The notes under the pieces: generated by a model
Seen by the model: only the letters and a program-made list of their open reading frames with translations
The model's database searches: none
Told to the model about the DNA's origin: nothing
Position numbers and translations under genes: made by a program
Assembly (NCBI GenBank): GCA_044376115.1
Contig: JBILLK010000030.1
Coordinates: 64,001-128,000 of the forward strand
DNA from: Polyangiaceae bacterium
Lineage (GTDB): Bacteria; Myxococcota_A; Polyangia; Polyangiales; Polyangiaceae
Reading direction: 5' to 3'
DNA length: 64,000 nt
Shown here: one piece after another, positions 39,343 through 49,608 of the stretch
Layout: each line of letters begins with the position of its first letter
How positions within the stretch are numbered: position 1 is the stretch's first letter

Positions 39343-41094
39343 ATGAATCGGCTAACGCTCTATCTGTGCCTCCTGCTGATTGGTTTCGCCTGCAGTTCGG
39401 GGGGCGCACCGCAGCCAACCGTAGTGGCTCCAGCTCCGCTCGTAACCACGCCTGCTGCAGCCACGACAGCGATCGCCGCCGGCGATCTCAGCTTCCTCTT
39501 TCGCAAAGACGAAGCAGGCCTGCACGTGGTCGTTCGTTTCCGTGGAGAGACCTCCGGGCGCACGGAGCTGGAGCTTCCCTCCGAGTGGGGAGGGGAGACC
39601 GAGCTTTGGCGTGGAATCGAGAACCTCCGCCCGACCTCGCCGGAGACCACGCTTGTTCCGGGCGCGGCGCCACAACATCCGGTGCTCGTGCATCCACCGT
39701 CCGCGGAGCTCGAGCTCCAGTACAGCCTGCCGACCAAGCCAGTCGCTGCCGAGCTGAAAGACGGTGAGAACTATCGACCGCTCGTGCATGCCAACTGGTT
39801 TCACTTCATCGGTCACGGCCTGTTAGTCACGCCGAAGTGGGACGATGCCGAAGCGCGTTCGCTGCAGCTGCGCTGGGAGGGCCTCGCTCCTGAGGTCCAT
39901 ATCGCGCATAGCTTCGGCGTGGACTTGCGCGAGCAAACGCTGCGCACGACGCTGGCGAAGCTGCGCCACGCGGTGTTCGTAGGCGGTGACTTCCGGGTCT
40001 TGGTCGCCGACGTGCGCGGCAAACCGGTGAACGTCGCTATGCGCGGCGATTGGAAGTTCAGCGATGCTGAGTTCCTCGACCTCGTGCGCACGATCGTGAG
40101 CACCGAGCGAGACTTCTTCAACGATCACGACTTCGATCGATTTCTGATCACGCTGATTCCAACCGGCAGTGGCTGCTGCAGTTACGGCGGTACTGGGCTT
40201 ACCGATTCGTTCGCTACCTTTATCAACTCGAACCTCGGCATCGAGGGGCGGATGAAGCATCTGCTCTCCCACGAGCTGTTTCACACCTGGAACGGTCGGC
40301 GCATTCAGCGGCAACAACCAGAGGAACTCGTCTATTGGTTCTCCGAGGGTTTTACCGACTACTTCAGCGACGCCTTGCTCTTGCGCTCCGGCCTCATCAG
40401 CTACGAGGAGGCGGTCGCGAACTACAACAAGGTGCTGCGGCTCTACTACCTCTCCCCGGTGCGCAACGTGCCCAACGAGCGCATCCGTCAAGACTTTTGG
40501 AACAACCGAGACGTTGAACGGCTGCCGTACCAACGCGGCAACATCTTGGCGCACGAGTGGAACTTCAAGATTCGAGCGGCCCACCCCGATCGCTCGCTCG
40601 ACGACCTGATGCGTGCGCTGCTGAAGGACGCGATGAGCGAGGGAGCCGTGGTGTCCCCCGAGAAGATCGACGCTTTGATGTCGCAGTACCTACCGAGCGG
40701 CGTAGCGGAAGACCTCGAGCGCTACATCGATCGCGGCGAAACGCTGGTCGTTTCGGCCGGCTCGATGGGGCCATGCGCGACCCTGGTACAGGAGCAACTC
40801 GGCCCGTTCGAACTCGGCTACGACGAAGAGGCAGCCGATCGCGATGGCTTGCTGCGCGGGGTTACGAAGAACGGGCCTGCCTACCGCGCAGGTGCCCGCG
40901 AGGGGATGAAGCTCAAGCACAGCCGTTACAGCGGCGATATCACCCGCCCCGTCGAGCTAACCGTGATTGATCCGCAGGCCCGTGCTGATTCCCCAGCCCG
41001 CGTCCTTCGCTATCTGCCGCAAGGTCCCAAGCAGCCGGTGCCGCAGTTCCGAGTCGATGCCGCCAAAATCGCTGCAGGCACCCGCTGCTTCTAA
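39343..41094 (+). CDS. M61 family Zn metallopeptidase lipoprotein with PDZ-like C-terminus
   Basis: HELFHTWN (HExxH), YWFSEGFTDY, YQRG; V.KNGPAYRAG. Confidence 0.88.
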   Translation: MNRLTLYLCLLLIGFACSSGGAPQPTVVAPAPLVTTPAAATTAIAAGDLSFLFRKDEAGLHVVVRFRGETSGRTELELPSEWGGETELWRGIENLRPTSPETTLVPGAAPQHPVLVHPPSAELELQYSLPTKPVAAELKDGENYRPLVHANWFHFIGHGLLVTPKWDDAEARSLQLRWEGLAPEVHIAHSFGVDLREQTLRTTLAKLRHAVFVGGDFRVLVADVRGKPVNVAMRGDWKFSDAEFLDLVRTIVSTERDFFNDHDFDRFLITLIPTGSGCCSYGGTGLTDSFATFINSNLGIEGRMKHLLSHELFHTWNGRRIQRQQPEELVYWFSEGFTDYFSDALLLRSGLISYEEAVANYNKVLRLYYLSPVRNVPNERIRQDFWNNRDVERLPYQRGNILAHEWNFKIRAAHPDRSLDDLMRALLKDAMSEGAVVSPEKIDALMSQYLPSGVAEDLERYIDRGETLVVSAGSMGPCATLVQEQLGPFELGYDEEAADRDGLLRGVTKNGPAYRAGAREGMKLKHSRYSGDITRPVELTVIDPQARADSPARVLRYLPQGPKQPVPQFRVDAAKIAAGTRCF

Positions 41095-41112
41095 CGGCGA
41101 GCCTCCTCTCGC

Positions 41113-42537
41113 TCAGAGCCGCCCATCCACGATGCGCGTGATGATCGCGCGGTAGGCGCGCGCGAGCTGCCGATCGCGCTCGGCCCAGCTAGCTCCGCCG
41201 GTGGGGAGGTTCGCCGCGATCACGAACTCGCGACCGTAGCCGGCGACCGGCTGGGCTTCATTGTCGAGCACCGGCCAGCAGGAGTAGCCGATGTCGAGGA
41301 ACTGCCCCGAGGTGCCAAGCCCCAGCTTGCTGAAGGTGCGCCATTGGCCTTGGCTGCGCTCTTCGATGTAATCGGGGTCGTGACCCACCTGATGGTAGAT
41401 CGCCGTGTCGCGCGTCATGCCGCCCCAGGTGCCGTATTTCGCCGAGTCGGCGGCACCGTAGAGCAGCGTCTCGATGTCGCTCCATTGAATGCCGGGTAGC
41501 CGTTGTTCGGCCTCTTCGCGGTGGAGCACCAAACGCTTGATCGCTTCAGCGGCGGTAAAGCTGGAGAGGTTGTTGGCGGGCCCGCTGGTGGTGTCCGGCG
41601 CGATCGTCACGGCGCTGCCGTCGGCTTCGACGAAGCTGTAGCCGAGGTTCGGTGCAGCAGCGCCATAGTTGCCGCCAAACGTCTCATTCAGCGGGCGCTC
41701 GAGCCACAGATCGTGGATCAGGTCGTTGGCCCGCGCCCTTCCACCAATGTCATGAAAATAGCGCCCTAACCCGTTTGAGCTGTAAGGGTCGTAATCGTAG
41801 TTACATACGCTCGTAACCAGGTCGCCGAGCGGGTTGCTGGCGGCGTTAGCGGTGAGCCCAACCGTGTAATTGGACGCGATGCGCAGCCGCGAGGCGGCGT
41901 TCGCTGCGGCGAGGACCTTGGTCGTACTCCAAGGTTGATAGGCAATATCGTGGCTGCCGTTACTGAGGTAGCGATAATGCGGTACGCCGCCGACGCGGCG
42001 AATCAGGATCACCGTGACGAACATGCCGGCGGGAACGAAGTCGGAGAGCTCGTCGTGCACCACCACCGGCGCGCTGGAAGGCTCATACGTCACGACCGAG
42101 CCGTCGGCGCGGGTGATGGTTGCGCTGGTATCCACGCTCGGGCAGATCAGGTCGCGATCCTCGTAGCTTGGGAAGCGTTTGGCACCGCAGGTATCGTCGA
42201 GAAATTGGAAGTAGTCGGCGGGCACGGGGTTCGCGCAAAGCGCAGGCGGCTCCGGATCGAGCTCCGGAATCGGCGCCGGAATGAAGCTTCCGCCTTCACC
42301 GCCTGCGCCGCTCGCGGCTTGTGCCCCCTGGCCGTTGCCGCCACCCGCTGTGCCACCGCCAGCCGAACCACCGCCTGCGGCGCCGATCCCACCGCTGCCT
42401 CCGACGGCCGCGCCTCCAGCAGAGGATGCGCCGGTTGCGCCTGCACCATCAACGGTTTCGGCGTCCCCGCAGGCGACCAGAGAGAGCGTGAGGTACGTGC
42501 CGAGCCTTGCCAGCGTCGAAGGAAGCACAGCTTTCAT
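41113..42537 (-). CDS. lipoprotein with a putative serine beta-lactamase/PBP-like fold
   Basis: LVAC lipobox, Gly linker; WSTTK (SxxK), SSN (SxN), SKLG (KxG) in the canonical order. Confidence 0.6.
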   Translation of the reverse strand: MKAVLPSTLARLGTYLTLSLVACGDAETVDGAGATGASSAGGAAVGGSGGIGAAGGGSAGGGTAGGGNGQGAQAASGAGGEGGSFIPAPIPELDPEPPALCANPVPADYFQFLDDTCGAKRFPSYEDRDLICPSVDTSATITRADGSVVTYEPSSAPVVVHDELSDFVPAGMFVTVILIRRVGGVPHYRYLSNGSHDIAYQPWSTTKVLAAANAASRLRIASNYTVGLTANAASNPLGDLVTSVCNYDYDPYSSNGLGRYFHDIGGRARANDLIHDLWLERPLNETFGGNYGAAAPNLGYSFVEADGSAVTIAPDTTSGPANNLSSFTAAEAIKRLVLHREEAEQRLPGIQWSDIETLLYGAADSAKYGTWGGMTRDTAIYHQVGHDPDYIEERSQGQWRTFSKLGLGTSGQFLDIGYSCWPVLDNEAQPVAGYGREFVIAANLPTGGASWAERDRQLARAYRAIITRIVDGRL

Positions 42538-42584
42538 GCGCTGATGCTGGCGTGGTGTGGAGCCGGCTGCAAGGGATCTGCGTC

Positions 42585-43190
42585 TCAACGAGCGCGGCTG
42601 CGCGCCTTGGGCTTCGCTCGTTCGGCCTCGCGCTCGAGGCGGCGCGCGGCTTGCGGCGCCATGCCCTGCAGATCGCTCGCTGAATGGCCTTCGAGCCAGG
42701 CGGCGAACCAATCCTCGAGCGAGTCGCTCTCACGGCGAAAAAGCAGAGGTGAACCGCGCGTCAGAAACGGCGCGTAGGCGGGGATGCGCGTCGCGTCGAA
42801 GGGGTCTTCCAGCGCTGGCGCTGCGACGTCCCGAAAGTGCGGGTCGAAGCGAACCACGCGCGCGCGCTTGCTGCGCAGGTCGATGCAGGAGCCGATCCCA
42901 CAGCCCCACGCGTAGAAGTCGATGCAGCCCTTCGGCCAAGGATCGCTCGAGGCTGCGCGGCCCTCGCTCGTGTGCACGATCTCGGCGAGCGTGAGTGTGC
43001 CCGGCCACACGCCGTACCCGAGCGTGCCGTAGAGCCGGCGAAAGATCGCGGGCAACTTGAAGCCGAGCGCTTGCTCCGCGGCATCGAGCGCGCTCTCAGT
43101 GCAGGGCTCGCTCGAGAGCTGCCCCGCCATCTTTGCGCGAAGCCCATCGACCAGCTGCTCGACCGTGCTCGGCTCGCTCGTGCGACTCAT
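42585..43190 (-). CDS. SMI1/KNR4 (SUKH) family protein
   Basis: PCTESALDAAEQALGFKLPAIFRRLY...WGCG...SLEDWFAAWL. Confidence 0.82.
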   Translation of the reverse strand: MSRTSEPSTVEQLVDGLRAKMAGQLSSEPCTESALDAAEQALGFKLPAIFRRLYGTLGYGVWPGTLTLAEIVHTSEGRAASSDPWPKGCIDFYAWGCGIGSCIDLRSKRARVVRFDPHFRDVAAPALEDPFDATRIPAYAPFLTRGSPLLFRRESDSLEDWFAAWLEGHSASDLQGMAPQAARRLEREAERAKPKARSRAR

Positions 43191-43222
43191 CTGCAAACGG
43201 CTATCCCAGGCTGGTTCGCTAC

Positions 43223-44146
43223 TCAAGGTCGGACTTGGTCCCGCGTCTCCCGCAGCGCCTGCTCCATGACGACCGTCAGCCAGCGCATGAAGGTGGCTAC
43301 GCGCCGCGAGAGTTGACTGCGAACTGCGTACAATAAGTGCGCTGGCATCGGCGCAGCCTCGAACTTGGGCAGAATGCGCACGAGCTGCTTCGCTCGCAGA
43401 AGATGCTGCAAGCCGACGCTCGGCGCCTGGATGATGCCAAGCCCCGCGAGACAAGCCGCTTCGTAGGTCACTGCGCTGTTGACGCTCAAGGAACCGGCCA
43501 TCTCCACGCTGCGCGTCGTGCTTCCGTCGTACACCTCGAAGCCATCGGGGCGCTGCCCGAGCACCGGCGCGTAGTGGATCAGCCGATGCGACTTCAAGTC
43601 CGCGAGCCTGCGCGGTGTACCGTGCGCACGGAGGTAGGTAGGGCTCGCGCAGTTGATGAGCTTGAACGAGCCCAGCGCTTTGGCGATCAACACGGAGTCG
43701 GAGAGCGCGCCTACCCGCAATACGCAGTCGAAGCCCTCGCGGATCAGGTCGACGCGCCGGTCCGTGCTTGAGAGCTCCAGCTCGATCTTTGGATGCGCTT
43801 TGAGGAAGTCGGGCAAACGTGGCACGACGATGTTGCGCGCGACCCCGGTGGGCATGTCGACACGGAGCCGGCCAGAGAGCTCGGCGTCAGTGCGCTGGAA
43901 CATCGAAAACAGCTCCTCAACGTCGGAGACGAGCTCGCGTGAGCGGGCGTGGAAGACCCGGCCGTCTTCGGTCAGACGCACGCGTCGCGTCGTGCGCTGC
44001 AGCAGCCGTACACCAACGGCGCCCTCGAGCTCACGGACCGCAAGCGAGACCGTGGCTTTGGGCAAGCCCAGCTGCGCTGCCGCTTGCGTGAAGCTCTCGA
44101 GTTCGGCGACTCGAGCGAACACCGCCAATTGTTGAACGCGGTCCAT
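43223..44146 (-). CDS. LysR family regulator
   Basis: FARVAELESFTQAAAQLG...LLQRTTRRVRLT; DLIREGFDCVLRVG. Confidence 0.95.
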   Translation of the reverse strand: MDRVQQLAVFARVAELESFTQAAAQLGLPKATVSLAVRELEGAVGVRLLQRTTRRVRLTEDGRVFHARSRELVSDVEELFSMFQRTDAELSGRLRVDMPTGVARNIVVPRLPDFLKAHPKIELELSSTDRRVDLIREGFDCVLRVGALSDSVLIAKALGSFKLINCASPTYLRAHGTPRRLADLKSHRLIHYAPVLGQRPDGFEVYDGSTTRSVEMAGSLSVNSAVTYEAACLAGLGIIQAPSVGLQHLLRAKQLVRILPKFEAAPMPAHLLYAVRSQLSRRVATFMRWLTVVMEQALRETRDQVRP

Positions 44147-44147
44147 G

Positions 44148-44170
44148 ATTGTGCAGAAAATCTATACAGT
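44148..44170. promoter_or_regulatory. putative LysR box
   Basis: ATTGT-N13-ACAGT dyad containing T-N11-A between divergent lysR and SDR genes. Confidence 0.4.
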
Positions 44171-44223
44171 GTTGTCAGTTAGTGTGCCTTTATTTGCCGC
44201 ATGCGAGCCATTACGGTCAGCGC

Positions 44224-44979
44224 ATGAACAAGATCGCAATCATCACTGGGGCAAGCCGTGGGCTCGGTAAGAGCGCAGCACTTTCGTTGGGGCGGCGCGG
44301 CACGGATGTGATCGTCACGTATCAAACGCGCGCGAGCGACGCCGAGGCGGTGGTGAAGGAGCTCGTCGGTATGGGGCGTAAAGCGGTCGCGTTGCAGCTC
44401 GATACTGCAGACGTGAAGTCGTTCAGCGCCTTCGCCGCAGCGGTCGAGCAGGCGCTGAAGCAGACCTTCGAGGCAGACCGCTTCGACTTCCTGGTCAACA
44501 ACGCAGGCACGGGTGCTCATCAGTCTTTCATGGAGACGACGGAAGAGTCTTTTGACCACCTGATGAACATCCACCTCAAGGGCGTCTTCTTCCTAACGCA
44601 GAAGCTGCTGCCCCTGATGCGCGACGGTGGACGCGTTCTGAACCTTTCGACCGGCCTCACGCGCTTCGCGCTACCTGGCTATGCGGCCTATGCGTCGATG
44701 AAAGGCGCCGTCGAGGTGCTCACGCGTTACCTGGCGAAGGAGCTCGGTCCGCGCAAGATCGCTGTGAACGTGCTCGCTCCCGGTGCGATCGAGACCGACT
44801 TCGGCGGCGGCGCCGTCCGCGATAACGCGCAGCTGAATGCGTTTGTCGCCTCGCAGACCGCGCTTGGTCGAGTGGGCCTACCGGAGGACATCGGGGACGT
44901 CGTGGCCTCGCTCCTGAGCGATGACCAGCGCTGGGTGAATGCCCAACGCATCGAGGCCTCCGGCGGCATGTTCCTCTAA
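44224..44979 (+). CDS. short-chain dehydrogenase/reductase
   Basis: ITGASRGLG, LVNNAG, YASMK (YxxxK), PGAIETD. Confidence 0.95.
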   Translation: MNKIAIITGASRGLGKSAALSLGRRGTDVIVTYQTRASDAEAVVKELVGMGRKAVALQLDTADVKSFSAFAAAVEQALKQTFEADRFDFLVNNAGTGAHQSFMETTEESFDHLMNIHLKGVFFLTQKLLPLMRDGGRVLNLSTGLTRFALPGYAAYASMKGAVEVLTRYLAKELGPRKIAVNVLAPGAIETDFGGGAVRDNAQLNAFVASQTALGRVGLPEDIGDVVASLLSDDQRWVNAQRIEASGGMFL

Positions 44980-44999
44980 CCGCGCCGAAGAAGCGCGGG

Positions 45000-46921
45000 T
45001 TAGCTTGCAACTGGGAACCACAACCTGAAGCTGGTTCCTTGCCCTTCGCTTGATTCGACCTCGATCGTCCCACCGCTCTGCGTCACGATGCCGTGTACGA
45101 CCGCGAGCCCCAAGCCGGTGCCGCGCCCCTCAGCTTTGGTCGTGAAAAACGGCTCAAAATATGTTCGCGAATCTCGCTTGGGATGCCCGAGCCGGTGTCG
45201 CGAACCGAGAGCACCACGTAGCTTCCCGGCCCAGGTTCCTGCGGGCGCTCGGTATCCTTGGAAACTGCGGCCGTCGCGATCTCGAGGCTGCCGCCGCGAG
45301 GCATGGCGTCGCGCGCGTTCACGGCCAGGTTCATCAACACTTGCCCGAGCTGGCCTGGATCGATGTTGACCTTGCTCAAACTGGGCTCGAGCCGCGTCGT
45401 CAGCTGAATATGCTCACCGATCATCCGCCGCAGCATCTTCTCGGTTTCGCGGACGGTGGCGTTCAGGTCGAGTGCGCGCGGCTCGAGCACGCTACGCCTG
45501 CTGAACGTAAGTAGTTGTTGGGTTTGAGCCGCGGCCCGTTTACCCGCCTCGTGGACGGCCTCGAGCGAGGCGAGCAAGGGGTGGTCGGCCTCGAGCGACG
45601 ACAACATCAGCTCGGTCTCGCCGATGATCACCGTCAACAGGTTGTTGAAGTCATGCGCGACGCCACCGGCGAGTTGACCAAACGCCTCCATCTTGTGCGC
45701 CTGTCGGAACTGCTCCTCGAGCCGCTTGCGCTCGGTCAGGTCATGCAGGATGAACAGCACGCTGGTCGTGCCATCGCTGGTCATGGGGGACGCCACGACC
45801 GAAACCACCCTGCGGCTGCCGTCGAGGCGAACGATGCTCTCTTCTACCGCGGGAACGGCCTCTCCCGTGCTCAGCATGGTGGCGATTCGCTCACGGACGC
45901 TCGCGTGATGCGCCTGCTCGATGATCTCGTACGGATCCAGCCCCAATAACTGCTCCGCCGACGTGGCTCCTATCAAGCGCACGAAGGCCGCGTTGCAAAA
46001 GCTGATCTTGCCCTCCGTGTTGACGAACACGGCGTCCGGCAGCAAGTCGACCAACTGCCGATAGCGCTGTTCACTGGTGCGCACCTTTTGTTCGGCTAGA
46101 CGGCGCGCGCTGATGTCGGTGATCACGCCGTTCCAGGTCACGCCGCCACTTTCATCGCGGATCGGTCGCGTATGGCCCTCGACCCAGATCTCCCCGCGCA
46201 GCGGATTGCGCACGCGATATTCGCCACGCCAGGGCGTCAGCGTTTGGGCTGACTCTTCGACGCGTGCGCGCACTCGCGGCAGATCCTCAGGGTGGATCAG
46301 CGAAAGGGCTTGTTCGGCGTCGCGCTGGATCGTCTCGAGCGGCAAGCCGAACAGGTTGGCCAGCGCGTCGGTTGCGTACGGGAACGAGGCCACCCCGTCA
46401 GCCGCTCGTCGGAAAGAGCACACTGCGCTTGGGCTGCTTGCAGCGATGCCGGCAATTCTGTCGCGTTCTGCAGCGAGCTCACGCTCAACCCGCTTGCGCT
46501 CGCTGATGTCGAGCACGAAGCCGTGCCACACCGTGGCCCCGTCCGGTTCACGAAGTGGTCCGGAGATAGCCTCCACCCAGATCTCCCCGCGCTCGGGGTG
46601 GTTGATGCGGTACTCAAAGCGCAGCGGTGTGAGATCCCGAGCCGAGAGCGCCATGGCCTTCTTGAGCACGAGCAGATCCTCGGGGTGCACTCGTTCGACC
46701 GCGAGGCTTGAATCCTCCAGCAGCTGCTCCGGCGTGGCGCCAAACAGCTCAATGAGCGACGAGGTCGCGTACGGGATCTCGAACGCACCATCCGCTCGCA
46801 GACGATAGGAAGCGAAGGCGCCCGGAACGACCGCCGCCATCGTAGCGAAGCGCTTGCGCAGCGCGAGCAGCGCCTCGGCCTCGGCACGATCCAACGCGAC
46901 CTTGTCGTCCCCTGCCCCCAC
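45000..46921 (-). CDS. triple-PAS sensor histidine kinase, frameshifted at ~45156-45159
   Basis: three PAS/PAC units; AHDFNNLL H-box, [12 protein letters not shown]-box; one added base restores [26 protein letters not shown]...[11 protein letters not shown] with stop at 45000. Confidence 0.9.
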
Positions 46922-47136
46922 GTCTCACGCCCCCTGACGATGACCCCACGATCGCACGATCCCTACGAATCGTCGCGCGAGATCGCCATCCGCGGCGCTT
47001 CGCGGTCAACAGAGCACGAACCCAAGCGGAGTTGTGCTTTCGAAGAGAGCGCATCACAGCCTGAACGTCAGTGTTTCTGCGTAGTTCAAGCGGAGTTGAG
47101 TTGGGCCGCAAGCTCGACCACGGTGGTGCCGTGCCC

Positions 47137-48384
47137 ATGACTCGCTCGCCAGTGTCTGTTTCCCGTCGTGCGCTCTTGCAAGGCCTGCTGACGGTTCCCA
47201 CCGCACTGGCGCTTGGAGGTTGTCAACAACTCCTTGGCCTCAGCGGTAACAAGCAAGTCAACGCGAAGGAGCCAGAACTGCAGCCTGAGAAGCCCGCGGA
47301 GGCGCTGGTGTTTGGCGCTATGGAGATCGTTCCAGCTCCGCCATCAACGACGCTGCCTGTCGCAATCAAGGTCCAGATCCCTCGTCGCTCCGGGTATCTG
47401 CCATACCAGGGCCTCGCGATTGAGTCGCACCAGGAGGGGAAGATCGTTGGTCGCGAGCTGGCGGGCAACGAAGGGATCGGCCTATTCGGGGCCAGGGTGC
47501 AGTTGTCGAAGGAAGGCCCGCAGACGCTCAAGGCGGTGGCCGAAGGTAAAGTGCATGCAGCGATCCAGATCCAGGTCGCCAAGACACCGGCGGTTGGTGG
47601 TGCGATGTTCGGCGCCGTTGTACCAGTTGAACTGGCCTCGTTTCGCAAAACAGCCTTCTCCTCCGCTCCGGTTCCCGAGCTACACATTACTCGTTGGCGC
47701 GCGCTCGATCGTGATCCCGCAGTGATCATCGAGTGGCGACGTGGCGGAGCCACGGTATTTCGCGAGCAGGCTCGTAAGAGCTTTGGCTTCCGCAGCATGC
47801 TGGAGACAGCCTCCTTTCTCCCTCAGTTTCGTCCCAAAGATTTGCGCGCCTGGCAGCGCGAGCCCGTGGTCGTCACCGCACCGGAAGGCTGGGATCCGAA
47901 GGGAGAGTGGGAGGTGATTCTGCATGAGCAGCACCAGCCGAGCGTGCGCATCGTGCCCACGGGTCCCGGCGAGGAGGGCAGCCTCGTGCTCCGTCGTGTC
48001 AGCGCCACCGAGATCGAAACCCCGCCAGCGACCATCAAGGCGCTTGCCGCGATCCCAGGCCTCAAGCCAGCCGAAGGAGAGGACGCGCCGGTGACGCCTG
48101 CGGAGGTCCGCGCACTCACGCGCTCTGTCGAGCTGTTCAAGCTTCGCGAGAAGCTCTCGTTGCTGCACAGTAGCGGCCGCAGCCATCAGCCCGTCGAATG
48201 GATCGACGGAGAGAGCCCAACGGCCCACTGGCAACGTCAGCGCGCCGCCAACGCCGCCGTGGACCGCGAAGCCAACGGCTTGGCCAAGAACGACCTGCGT
48301 GTCCGCGCCGATATCTTCGCGAAGATGAAGCCGCTCATCAAACAGTTCGGCGGTCAGTGGACGCCGGAAGAGACGCCGTCCTAG
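47137..48384 (+). CDS. Tat-type lipoprotein of unknown function
   Basis: SRRALL twin-arginine motif, LGGC lipobox. Confidence 0.75.
   Translation: MTRSPVSVSRRALLQGLLTVPTALALGGCQQLLGLSGNKQVNAKEPELQPEKPAEALVFGAMEIVPAPPSTTLPVAIKVQIPRRSGYLPYQGLAIESHQEGKIVGRELAGNEGIGLFGARVQLSKEGPQTLKAVAEGKVHAAIQIQVAKTPAVGGAMFGAVVPVELASFRKTAFSSAPVPELHITRWRALDRDPAVIIEWRRGGATVFREQARKSFGFRSMLETASFLPQFRPKDLRAWQREPVVVTAPEGWDPKGEWEVILHEQHQPSVRIVPTGPGEEGSLVLRRVSATEIETPPATIKALAAIPGLKPAEGEDAPVTPAEVRALTRSVELFKLREKLSLLHSSGRSHQPVEWIDGESPTAHWQRQRAANAAVDREANGLAKNDLRVRADIFAKMKPLIKQFGGQWTPEETPS
48277..48384 (+). repeat. copy 1 of a 108-bp diverged direct repeat (3' end of the Tat lipoprotein gene)
   Basis: aligns without gaps to 49602..49709. 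Confidence 0.9.
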
Positions 48385-48427
48385 GCAGCCAACGAGGAGC
48401 GGAGGGAATTCGGTCTGCGGCCCTCGG

Positions 48428-49378
48428 CTAGACGAGCTTCTGCAATTGGATCCGGTGTGTAAGTCCAAGCTTCGCCAATCCGGAATGAATCTGGGTACTG
48501 ACCGCTGCGATCGAAAGACCTAGTTCGCTCGCGATCACCTTCAAAGGTAGTCCTCGCCGCGCTCGGTCGAGTGCGGCCACCTCAGCGCGTGAGAGCCGTG
48601 GCTCGTCTTCATTCGAGCGGCGAATGAGCAGATAGCGCCTTCCGTCCTTCTCTTCGATCTCGGCCACAGACCAGCCGCCGCGCCAGAGTTCGTCCCATAG
48701 TCGCTCGCCCTCCTCGCTCGCGACGCGACGCTGTAACTCCTGTGCGCCCTGCCGTGCAAGGTCTGGTACGAGCCGAGCGAGGCTGTCAAAGGTGGCGGCG
48801 CTCCCGGACGCTCGGCCGCGCGCATCAATCAGCGCAGCCGACTTGTCCCACGCTGGCCCTACTCTCGAGGCGAACCCTCCCAAAATGTGCCGTTGCAGCC
48901 TCATTCGCTCGCGCGCCTGCAACGGGCCACGGTCGTCGCCTCGCAACGGCACGCATACAGTGAGTCGAAACGAGCGGGACACTGCGTGAATTCCGAAGTC
49001 GTCATCAAAGCCCGGAAGAAAGCGTCGAACCACCGAGGATGGATTCTCCACTGCGCCAATCAGCCGCTTGACCTGAGTTGTGCCGCGACTAACCCGCGTC
49101 GTTCGATAAACCAACCCGAAAAGCTTCTCGTGAGAAAGAGGATAGATGCCCTGGGCGACACGGGTAATTGAACTAGGCACATCCCAGCTGGCAGCGGGTG
49201 TCAGCAGCTTTGAAGGGTCCTCCAGATGGACCACGGAGAAGTCGGCTCGGTTCCCCACACCAAGTAGCACGGGCTGACCAATCAACTTTCCGAGCGCGAG
49301 CGTCAGCTGTCCATTCCACGCGGCGAGTTCATTGGGCCCGTGGTGACAGAGCCCTAATACATTGTCGAGACCTCGCAC
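48428..49378 (-). CDS. LuxR-HTH regulator, long type (paralog D)
   Basis: CHHGP..W, RLQRH, WDELWRGGW...DGRRYL, LSRAE...LKVIASELGLS...KLG; homologous to 54824, 55812 and 58661. Confidence 0.85.
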   Translation of the reverse strand: MRGLDNVLGLCHHGPNELAAWNGQLTLALGKLIGQPVLLGVGNRADFSVVHLEDPSKLLTPAASWDVPSSITRVAQGIYPLSHEKLFGLVYRTTRVSRGTTQVKRLIGAVENPSSVVRRFLPGFDDDFGIHAVSRSFRLTVCVPLRGDDRGPLQARERMRLQRHILGGFASRVGPAWDKSAALIDARGRASGSAATFDSLARLVPDLARQGAQELQRRVASEEGERLWDELWRGGWSVAEIEEKDGRRYLLIRRSNEDEPRLSRAEVAALDRARRGLPLKVIASELGLSIAAVSTQIHSGLAKLGLTHRIQLQKLV

Positions 49379-49442
49379 TGAGCAAGCCTAATGTCCTGCA
49401 ATAGTGTCAGCTATGGTCATTTATTCGCTTCGCGATGCGCAA

Positions 49443-49608
49443 CCGAAGTGAATTTGCCGGAATGGTGGTTGGCGCTGTGACTGTGAGTACCGCACTAGCG
49501 GACACAGGGGCGACTTGGCAGCCGATACCGCAGGAGTTTCCTCCCTCATACGATACGGAGAACGCAGCGGGGCCTCGCGAGTTCACTACCTCGGCTAGCT
49601 CGGTCTGG
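49443..49608 (-). pseudogene. internal fragment of a fibre head domain homologous to 56874..57578
   Basis: QTELAEVVNSRGP..SVSYEGGNSCG...APVSASAVLTV versus QTAAAEVANSKGP..SVALNGGNFCG...APTSASAVVTV. Confidence 0.8.
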
